A DNA stretch of 36,664 bases, from NCBI GenBank assembly GCA_964554085.1, contig CAZKMY010000002.1, positions 1 through 36,664 of the forward strand, read 5' to 3'. The DNA is from an uncultured Pseudomonadales bacterium. Its GTDB lineage: Bacteria > Patescibacteriota > Microgenomatia > UBA1400 > RBG-16-45-19. A program made the translations under genes and the position numbers. This document shows positions 1 to 7,010 of the stretch, in pieces (position 1 is the stretch's first letter; every line of letters begins with the position of its first letter). The notes beneath the pieces are model-generated. The model saw nothing but the letters and a program-made list of their open reading frames with translations. It did not search any database and was not told the origin of the DNA.

Positions 1-99
1 ACAAGATTGAAAAGACACTCGAGAAATACACGTACAGTACCACTCAGCGCCAACCTCTCATTCTACCCGTAATTATTGAGGTATAAATGTGCGGGAAAC

Positions 100-111
100 T
101 GTATCTTGTGT
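100..111 (+). repeat. Single-copy remnant of the CTTGT heptad family (TGTATCTTGTGT), 15 nt upstream of the ftsK start
   Basis: The 12-mer at 100-111 is identical to 2297-2308. The 10-mer TGTATCTTGT also occurs at 29403-29412. Confidence 0.5.
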
Positions 112-126
112 TAGGATAATCTCATC

Positions 127-2256
127 ATGGGTCGTAAACGTGGGCGCCGACGCGCCTTAAAGCTAAAACTGAAAAAAGAAACCCTCCTCTCCATCGTGAG
201 TTTGGGGTTTATTGTCACGGGCGTCCTGATGATAATCTCCTTTGCAGGTCAAGGAGCCTGGCTTGAGTCAATTCAAAATTATCTGGCCACCCATTTTGGC
301 TTTGCCGCACTCATTTTGCCCTTCATGTTCCTTTCTGCTGGTCTTATGTTGACACAACTGAAGTGGTTTATTGCCAAGCCCAACGTCTTTTTGGGGAGTG
401 TATTAGTATTTGCCGGATTGTTGGGAGTAGGTAAGGGTGGATCGGTTGGACAAGATATTTTTCTCAACCTCGCCGCCCTCATCATGCCTATCGGAGCCAC
501 CATTTTACTTATCGCCATCATGTTTTCCGGCATCATGATCATGACAGAATCATCTCTGGCAGAATGGCTCATCAAGATATCCAACATTCTTTCATTCCGC
601 CGCCGGTCCACTACGGTGGCCGGTTTGCAAAACGATAAGAAAAATTTCCCCCTTATGCCCGTAAAGACTGATCTCAAGATAAAGGGTGGACAAGTGAGTG
701 AGGTTGAACCAGCTACCGAGCCAGTCAAGCCTGCAAGTGAATCGCCTGCCAATGGGTCTGCTCCGGCCAGTACCGAACCTACTCACAGCTTGATTGTAAA
801 TAATCCAGGCGAAAATACTCATATTTATCAGCCGCCGTCAGTTGATTTACTTGATGCCAAGATGGGAGCTCCAGCTGACCGAGGCGATGTCAAAGGCAAT
901 GCGCACATAATTGAGGAAACGTTGGATTCATTCGGTATTCAAGCACATGTGGATGAAGCGAACCAAGGTCCCGCGGTTACCCAATACGCGCTCAATATCA
1001 AACGAGGCACGAAACTTTCCCGGATCACTGCCTTGCAAAATGATCTAGCCTTAGCTTTAGCCGCTCCCACGGGTCAAATCCGGATTGAAGCTCCTATCCC
1101 TGGACGTAATTTAGTAGGCATTGAAATCCCTAATCGTCGTCCAGAAATGGTCAGTTTACGCAAAATGGTTACCGCTCCGAATCTGAAAAAGACGTCAAGC
1201 AAAACTGCATTTGGATTGGGACTTAACGTGTCCGGTGAAGTGGTGGTGACCGACCTGACCAAGATGCCTCACGTCTTGATTGCGGGAGCTACGGGTTCCG
1301 GTAAATCTGTCTCTGTTAATGCCTTAATTATGCAAATTTTGTTCCGCGCCTCACCCGAAGAAGTAAAGTTTATGATGGTGGATCCCAAACGGGTAGAGTT
1401 GACGCAATACAATGGAATTCCTCATTTGATTTGTCCCGTCATTGTCGAACCAGACAAGGTGCTGAATGCGCTCAACTGGGCCGTCACGGAAATGAATAAC
1501 CGCTACAAGATGTTTGCTGAAGTCGGAGCTCGCAATATTGAAGGCTTCAACCAAATGGCCGCTTATCAATCCATTCCGTACATCGTCATTATTATCGATG
1601 AGTTGGCCGATATCATGCTGTTTGCTCCCGCAAAAGTTGAAGACGCCATCACTCGGTTAGCTCAAATGGCTCGGGCAGTTGGCATTCATCTTGTTCTGGC
1701 CACCCAGCGTCCTTCGGTAGACGTCTTGACGGGCTTGATTAAAGCCAACGTTCCTTGCCGCATTGCCTTCAACGTCACTTCCATGATCGATTCCCGCGTC
1801 ATCATTGATAGTCCGGGAGCCGAAAAGCTAATTGGTAAGGGAGATATGCTCTACATTCCTCCTGATCAATCCAAACCCTCCCGTATCCAAGGAGCGTATG
1901 TTTCCGAAGAAGAAGTAAAACGAGTCTTAGATTTCATCAAATCACAAACACCTGAAGTACACTACACTGAGGAAATCACTCAAAAAACGGGTCCAGGAGC
2001 CGTCATGGGTTCAGATGGACAGATGGAAGATGCCGATCCACTCTTTAATCAAGCAGTAGAACTGGTTGTTGCTAACCAAAAGGCCTCAGCCTCGTTATTT
2101 CAACGCCATCTTCAAATTGGGTATGCCCGAGCTGCCCGGGTCTTGGATCAATTGGAACATGCAGGGGTGGTTGGTCCCGGTGACGGAGCCAAACCCCGTA
2201 ATATTTTGGTCAAATCCATGGAAGAATGGAAAGCTAGACAGGTAAGTAACAAGTGA
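127..2256 (+). CDS. ftsK: DNA translocase FtsK/SpoIIIE
   Basis: 709-aa ORF with an N-terminal multi-TM region, Walker A GATGSGKS and Walker B IIIDELAD. The C-terminal gamma winged helix reads LFQRHLQIGYARAARVLDQLEHAGVVGP. Confidence 0.9.
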   Translation: MGRKRGRRRALKLKLKKETLLSIVSLGFIVTGVLMIISFAGQGAWLESIQNYLATHFGFAALILPFMFLSAGLMLTQLKWFIAKPNVFLGSVLVFAGLLGVGKGGSVGQDIFLNLAALIMPIGATILLIAIMFSGIMIMTESSLAEWLIKISNILSFRRRSTTVAGLQNDKKNFPLMPVKTDLKIKGGQVSEVEPATEPVKPASESPANGSAPASTEPTHSLIVNNPGENTHIYQPPSVDLLDAKMGAPADRGDVKGNAHIIEETLDSFGIQAHVDEANQGPAVTQYALNIKRGTKLSRITALQNDLALALAAPTGQIRIEAPIPGRNLVGIEIPNRRPEMVSLRKMVTAPNLKKTSSKTAFGLGLNVSGEVVVTDLTKMPHVLIAGATGSGKSVSVNALIMQILFRASPEEVKFMMVDPKRVELTQYNGIPHLICPVIVEPDKVLNALNWAVTEMNNRYKMFAEVGARNIEGFNQMAAYQSIPYIVIIIDELADIMLFAPAKVEDAITRLAQMARAVGIHLVLATQRPSVDVLTGLIKANVPCRIAFNVTSMIDSRVIIDSPGAEKLIGKGDMLYIPPDQSKPSRIQGAYVSEEEVKRVLDFIKSQTPEVHYTEEITQKTGPGAVMGSDGQMEDADPLFNQAVELVVANQKASASLFQRHLQIGYARAARVLDQLEHAGVVGPGDGAKPRNILVKSMEEWKARQVSNK

Positions 2257-2320
2257 CAAGCAACAAGAAACAAGAATACTCTTGTGACTTGTCTCTTGTA
2301 TCTTGTGTCTTATATCTATT
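2249..2320 (+). repeat. Heptad-phased inverted array: 4x ACAAG, centre AATACT, then 4x CTTGT plus two decayed units
   Basis: ACAAG occurs at 2249, 2256, 2263 and 2270. CTTGT occurs at 2281, 2288, 2295 and 2302, followed by CTTAT at 2309 and CTATT at 2316. The period is exactly 7 nt. The array overlaps the ftsK stop and abuts ATG 2321. Confidence 0.85.
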
Positions 2321-2962
2321 ATGAACACCGTTGGTGAATTATTAAAAACTGCCCGCCTCGAAAAAAACATCACTCTCGACCAAATTGCCACCTATACCAA
2401 AATCAGAAAAAAATATCTGGAAGCAATTGAAGCCAACGATTTTGGCAATCTGCCTTCCGCTGCGTTTACCAAAGGATTCTTGAATACCTATTCCAAAATC
2501 GTGGGAGTGAATGCTCAAACAGTCCTAGCCATTTTTCGCCGTGATTTTGACCAAGATGAACGAGGACATATTATTCCGCGGAGTCTGATTAATCCGGTTA
2601 AACCAGCCATGCCGGGGATTACTCCCTCCATGCTTACAGTGGGGCTCTCCATCATCGCAGGCATTCTCATCATGGGATTCTTTATTCGCCAGATCATTTT
2701 ATTTTCATCATCACCACCACTTGCCGTTGTTGAGCCAACCGAAAACGCCATTCTGATTTCACCGGTGGTTGTTCGGGGTACCACCGATCCTGAAGCAGTG
2801 GTAACTATTAATAATCGCTCAGTCAACGTGGGTCAAACCGGTGAATTCACCACGGACATCGTTCTTGATCCAGGTCAACACACCTTAGTCATCTCTTCCA
2901 CAGGGAGATCAGGTAAAAAAACCACGGTTGAGCGAGTCATTTATATCCAAACCGCCCCCTAA
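2321..2962 (+). CDS. RodZ-like helix-turn-helix membrane protein
   Basis: I chose ATG 2321 because the track start at 2303 is a TTG inside the repeat array. It has an N-terminal Xre-type HTH (GELLKTARLEKNITLDQIATYTKIRKKYLEAIE), one TM (LTVGLSIIAGILIMGFFI) and a beta-rich extracytoplasmic tail. No SD lies upstream. Confidence 0.6.
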   Translation: MNTVGELLKTARLEKNITLDQIATYTKIRKKYLEAIEANDFGNLPSAAFTKGFLNTYSKIVGVNAQTVLAIFRRDFDQDERGHIIPRSLINPVKPAMPGITPSMLTVGLSIIAGILIMGFFIRQIILFSSSPPLAVVEPTENAILISPVVVRGTTDPEAVVTINNRSVNVGQTGEFTTDIVLDPGQHTLVISSTGRSGKKTTVERVIYIQTAP

Positions 2963-3004
2963 CCATTATTGTTAGGAATAATACGTAAGTGCTACCATGG
3001 AACG

Positions 3005-4198
3005 ATGGATAGAGTAAGTAAAAACAAAAAATCTCCCCCAAAACATCGCAGGTTACCGAAACAAAAACCGAATTTAGTTACAACAACGTGGTTTTCCGCA
3101 CTAACAAAGATAAATAACGCTCCACTCATCGGACTCATAGTCGTATTTCTTGTAATCATTACTATCGGTTCTGTTATATATACAAAACTAACTTCATTCC
3201 AAAAACATACCTATCAAACCTCGAGATTAAACACAGAAAAAACGACAAAAATAAACACTACAACAGATAAAAAGTTAGATACTCAAACACACAGTGATAC
3301 GGGAAATTGGACACTTAAGAAAATTGCTTCAAATAAACAAACAACAATAGTTAGTTTGTCAAAATCAGACAGCAAACTTGTGAGTTGGGGAGATTATATT
3401 TTCTGGGTCGATCCTGCGTATACCGAAAATATCCAAGTAAAAAGCCTCAATCTTAAAACAGGTGAACAAAAAATTATTTACGATCAAAGTAAAAGAAAAC
3501 AAGATTTTCCAGAATCAATGAATAAAACGCATGATGACTACTATTCCATTGATATGGTGGTTATCGATAACACGTTATTCTTTTCTATCGGCGCATACCT
3601 CAACAATGGAGTAACGTATTATGTTGACTTACCTGTTATAGACAAGATAAATATATTGGCACGTTTTGATGGTTGGTTTGAGAAATGGGGGGGTGAAAAC
3701 TGGTTTGAATATGGATTTAGCGACGGATGTGGGGGATCTTCAACGTACGCATTACTAAATCTTGATAATAAGCAATATATTCCTATCACAACGATTAAGA
3801 GTTCATGTATTGGAGGGGAAGTTCGAGTAGACATTGACATTAAAAGAAGAATGTTGGTTGCTGGATATCGGCCAACAAGTGGTACAAACACTGATAATGG
3901 TTCAACCTATGAATATGTGTATGCAGTCCCTTTAGATAATCCAGGTACACAGGTGGGAATAATCTCAAAACAAGATATGCCCGCAGGGATTACTTCGGTT
4001 ACCTATGTTAGAGACACAGATAAATTATTGTTATCAGGTGAAACAAGCTATTTGTTTGATTTATCATCAAAAAGCATTTCAAAAACAAATTCTACCCCAC
4101 CCTCAATTCCAACAATTTCATCACAGGAAGAAACTCTTCAAACACAAATACAAAACATGCAATTACCCTCAGATTACAAGTGGGTTCAAGTAGAATAA
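3005..4198 (+). CDS. Hypothetical membrane-anchored extracytoplasmic protein (low-GC gene)
   Basis: Long ORF. The first ATG is at 3005, while the track start 2969 is a TTG without an SD. It has a basic N-terminus and one TM (LIGLIVVFLVIITIGSVIY), then a Thr/Lys-rich linker. The rest is an aromatic/Gly-rich beta-type domain (DYIFWVD, DNTLFFSIG). No family was recognised with confidence. Confidence 0.7.
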   Translation: MDRVSKNKKSPPKHRRLPKQKPNLVTTTWFSALTKINNAPLIGLIVVFLVIITIGSVIYTKLTSFQKHTYQTSRLNTEKTTKINTTTDKKLDTQTHSDTGNWTLKKIASNKQTTIVSLSKSDSKLVSWGDYIFWVDPAYTENIQVKSLNLKTGEQKIIYDQSKRKQDFPESMNKTHDDYYSIDMVVIDNTLFFSIGAYLNNGVTYYVDLPVIDKINILARFDGWFEKWGGENWFEYGFSDGCGGSSTYALLNLDNKQYIPITTIKSSCIGGEVRVDIDIKRRMLVAGYRPTSGTNTDNGSTYEYVYAVPLDNPGTQVGIISKQDMPAGITSVTYVRDTDKLLLSGETSYLFDLSSKSISKTNSTPPSIPTISSQEETLQTQIQNMQLPSDYKWVQVE

Positions 4199-4261
4199 TT
4201 GATTTCGTTTGACTTCTGAAGGTGGGTAGCTTATCTTGGAAGAACAAGAAAGGAATTGTCT

Positions 4262-4549
4262 ATGGACCCTCTCATTCTGTTACTCATCATCGTTACGTCA
4301 GTGCTCACCGTGCTTTTGGTTATTGTCGGCGTGCAAGTCATTATGATTCTACGGGAAGTTAACCGTACCCTTACCCATGTCAACAACACCCTGGAAACTG
4401 CCGATGGCATTGTCGCGGCACTATCTCGACCCGTCAGCGGTATTGCCGACATAGCGGCCGGAGTCAAAACCGGACTCAAAATTACTGAATCATTCGTTTC
4501 CTGGCTATCAAAAAGCCGCGATGATCATGGACACAAATCCGAAGCGTAA
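4262..4549 (+). CDS. Small membrane protein, DUF948-like
   Basis: SD GAAAGGA at 4248-4254 lies 7 nt before ATG 4262. It has an N-terminal TM (LILLLIIVTSVLTVLLVIVGV) followed by a helical region, as in DUF948-type proteins. The family call is tentative. Confidence 0.55.
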   Translation: MDPLILLLIIVTSVLTVLLVIVGVQVIMILREVNRTLTHVNNTLETADGIVAALSRPVSGIADIAAGVKTGLKITESFVSWLSKSRDDHGHKSEA

Positions 4550-4877
4550 ACTTCCCAGCATGCCTGCCGATACGGGTTTTGGTATGGGTTTTTTTTGTGG
4601 TGCAGTCCTGGCAGGGTTTGGGGTATACTTAGTGACTACTCCAGAGGGAAAGCGCTTGCGGGCGGAAATCGAAGCTGAATTTACCAAACATCGTGAGGAA
4701 CACAATCTATTGGCATTTGAAGCAGACATACTTGAACATAGTCCGGCAACGCCATTTTTCAAAAATGTCCTCAAACAAATCAAAGAATTCCTTCACCATC
4801 CAGAAGTAAAAGCGCATGTAAAAGCCACTGCATCGACTCCAAAAAAGAAAAAATATTTCAAGAAAAAAGAAGGATAA
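4521..4877 (+). CDS. YtxH-like small membrane protein
   Basis: A Gly-rich TM followed by TPEGKRLRAEIE resembles the YtxH signature, and the tail is Lys-rich. The start is uncertain. ATG 4521 and 4527 overlap the upstream ORF by 29 and 23 nt, while ATG 4560 lies 10 nt past its stop. Confidence 0.55.
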   Translation: MIMDTNPKRKLPSMPADTGFGMGFFCGAVLAGFGVYLVTTPEGKRLRAEIEAEFTKHREEHNLLAFEADILEHSPATPFFKNVLKQIKEFLHHPEVKAHVKATASTPKKKKYFKKKEG

Positions 4878-4879
4878 AC

Positions 4880-5119
4880 ATGCAGTATAATGCAGGTCGT
4901 ATGCCTGACACGGTAAATGCTATTACCAAGAATGATCTTGATCGTATCGAAGCTTCCTTAAAGCAAGTGATCGAGATGGCTAAAGTGCAAAAATCAGGCG
5001 CCGAGATTGACGATATGCTCAAAACCTTGTCCCGAACCGTAGGCGATCTCAAAATGACCGTTGAATTCGATCATGAAAAACGTCTCCGGGCCATTGAAGA
5101 ATTCTTGCAAAACTTATGA
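4880..5119 (+). CDS. Small (79 aa) predicted coiled-coil protein, unknown function
   Basis: SD GAAGGA lies 6 nt upstream of the start. Its stop overlaps the alaS start (ATGA at 5116-5119), which implies translational coupling. Confidence 0.5.
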   Translation: MQYNAGRMPDTVNAITKNDLDRIEASLKQVIEMAKVQKSGAEIDDMLKTLSRTVGDLKMTVEFDHEKRLRAIEEFLQNL

Positions 5120-6987
5120 CAGGTACGCAAATTCGTCAGGCTTATTTAGATTTTTTTGAAAGTTTACCCCGGAATCACGCCCAAATCCCCCCTGCGCGGC
5201 TAGTTCCCGAAAATGATCCCACCACGTTGTTTACCAGTTCCGGTATGCAGCAGTTGGTTCCTTATCTCAAGGGCGAAGCTCACTCCATGGGTACCCGTCT
5301 GGTTGATTCCCAACCATCATTTCGGGCCGAGGATATCGAGGAAGTCGGTGACAACCGACACACTACTTTTTTTGAAATGCTTGGAAATTGGTCCTTGGGT
5401 GATTATTTTAAAGCCGAACAATTGCCGTGGATCTATGAATTCCTTACTCAAAAGATTGGTCTAGATCCGAGCCGGATCTATGTGACTGTATTCGCCGGCA
5501 ACGACTCAGTAGCTCGCGACGATGAGGCTATCCGTATTTGGCAACAACTTTTTCAAACAGATACATCAGCTCAGCCCGGCGTAGCCGGATTTGATCCTGC
5601 AGTCAAAATTTATGAGTATGACGCCAAAAAGAACTGGTGGTCGCGTGCCGGTATCCCCGCCAATATGCCCATCGGCGAAATTGGCGGTCCCGACTCAGAA
5701 ATGTTTTATGATTTCGACCCGGACAATACCAAACATCTCCACGAACAATCACCCTTCAAAGATAAGCCTTGCCACGTCAATTGTGACTGTGGGCGGTTTA
5801 TGGAAATCGGTAATTCCGTTTTTATGCAATATATCAAAACTGAAGCTGGTTTCGAGCCACTTCCCAAACAAAATGTAGATTTTGGTGGTGGTTTGGAGCG
5901 GCTTGCGGCTGCAGCCATCGACAATTCAGATGTATTCACCACCAGCCTGTTCCAACCCATCATTGCGGTCATCGAAAATCTTTCTGGTAAGACCTATGCT
6001 CAAAATCCAGGTCCTATGCGTATCATTGCCGATCATATGCGGGCCGCCACGTTCCTCATTGCTCAGGGAGTACTACCTGCCAACAAAATGCAGGGATATT
6101 TCCTCCGTCGGTTACTCCGCCGGTCCATGGTCAAATTACAACAACTTCAAAATACGGAATCGACACAATCATCCAATCATCCCTTCAGCCAAATTGCCGA
6201 TGCAGTGATTTCAATCTATCAAGATTCATATCTCGCCGCAGTTGATCGCGAGGAAATCGCTCGCATTATCGAGGATGAACAGATTCGTTTTGGTAAAACG
6301 CTTCATAAGGGGATGCGGGAAATCGAAAAGGCGAATCCTGAAAGTATTACCGGCAAATTTGCCTTTGATCTCTACCAAACTTTTGGCTTTCCCTTGGAGG
6401 TTACCGAAGAATTAGTCAAAGAGAAAGGCGTCGTAGTTGATCGTGAGGCCTTCCGAGCTGAATTTAAAAAACATCAGGATATTTCCCGGGCCGGATCTCA
6501 AAGTTTGTTTAAAGGTGGTCTAGCTGATCATTCAGAAATCATCGTGAAATATCACACCACCACCCATCTCTTGCATGCAGCCCTTCGCCAAGTACTGGGT
6601 CTTCATGTGCAGCAAATGGGATCAAATATTACTGCTGATCGGCTTCGTTTTGACTTTAAACACGATGCTAAATTAAGCGAAGCCGAGTTAGACTCGGTCG
6701 AAGCTCTAATCAATGAAAAAATTCAAGCCAACTTACCCGTTCATAAAACCATTGAGGCAAAAGATGAGGCAATCAAATCTGGAGCGATGGCATTTTTCCG
6801 GGATAAATATCCCGATACCGTATCGGTATACACTATTGGTAACAATCCTCAATCAGGTTGGTTTAGTAAAGAATTGTGCGGTGGACCGCATGTCAGCTCG
6901 ACAGGCGTCATTGGTCCTGTTACGATTAAAAAAGAGGAAGCGGTTGGCGCGGGAATCCGTCGGGTGTACATCACTCTAAAAAACTAA
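5116..6987 (+). CDS. alaS: Alanine--tRNA ligase, short form lacking the C-Ala domain
   Basis: The class II AlaRS N-terminus reads IRQAYLDFFES..., TTLFTSSGMQQ, RHTTFFEMLGNWSLGDYFK. The editing-domain zinc motifs HTTTHLLH and CGGPHV are present. The protein ends about 30 aa after CGGPH (GIRRVYITLKN), giving 623 aa. Confidence 0.9.
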   Translation: MTGTQIRQAYLDFFESLPRNHAQIPPARLVPENDPTTLFTSSGMQQLVPYLKGEAHSMGTRLVDSQPSFRAEDIEEVGDNRHTTFFEMLGNWSLGDYFKAEQLPWIYEFLTQKIGLDPSRIYVTVFAGNDSVARDDEAIRIWQQLFQTDTSAQPGVAGFDPAVKIYEYDAKKNWWSRAGIPANMPIGEIGGPDSEMFYDFDPDNTKHLHEQSPFKDKPCHVNCDCGRFMEIGNSVFMQYIKTEAGFEPLPKQNVDFGGGLERLAAAAIDNSDVFTTSLFQPIIAVIENLSGKTYAQNPGPMRIIADHMRAATFLIAQGVLPANKMQGYFLRRLLRRSMVKLQQLQNTESTQSSNHPFSQIADAVISIYQDSYLAAVDREEIARIIEDEQIRFGKTLHKGMREIEKANPESITGKFAFDLYQTFGFPLEVTEELVKEKGVVVDREAFRAEFKKHQDISRAGSQSLFKGGLADHSEIIVKYHTTTHLLHAALRQVLGLHVQQMGSNITADRLRFDFKHDAKLSEAELDSVEALINEKIQANLPVHKTIEAKDEAIKSGAMAFFRDKYPDTVSVYTIGNNPQSGWFSKELCGGPHVSSTGVIGPVTIKKEEAVGAGIRRVYITLKN

Positions 6988-7010
6988 AAGCCGTAGCCTC
7001 TACTGTTGCT

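Noticed and set aside
1-72. Possible 3' end of an upstream gene (frame +1 open from the window edge to TAA 70-72)
   Set aside because: Only 23 codons are visible and no motif is recognisable, so it cannot be supported as a feature.
61-88. Sigma-70 promoter for ftsK (TATAAA at 82-87)
   Set aside because: No acceptable -35 element lies at 16-18-nt spacing and there is no TGn extension. AT-rich hexamers like this are expected by chance.
279-752. A 157-aa minus-strand ORF, and many similar antisense ORFs (for example 22855-23346, 25729-26103, 7160-7522, 29312-29512)
   Set aside because: All lie entirely within strongly supported plus-strand genes. They show no recognisable motifs and are the usual shadow ORFs of coding sequence.
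2254-2256. Alternative genetic code (UGA reassigned, as in some CPR lineages)
   Set aside because: TGA terminates ftsK just after its conserved gamma domain, and it also terminates the 79-aa ORF at 5117-5119. Conserved genes have no in-frame TGA, so code 11 fits.
2249-2320. Heptad arrays as a CRISPR array or as classical slipped-strand phase-variation SSRs (like the 7-bp repeats in Haemophilus hmw promoters)
   Set aside because: The units are only 7 nt, with no 25-40-nt repeat/spacer organisation, so this is not a CRISPR. The 2-nt spacers differ between units and copy number is only 2-4, so slipped-strand mispairing would be inefficient. Unit-number differences between loci are still noted as a finding.
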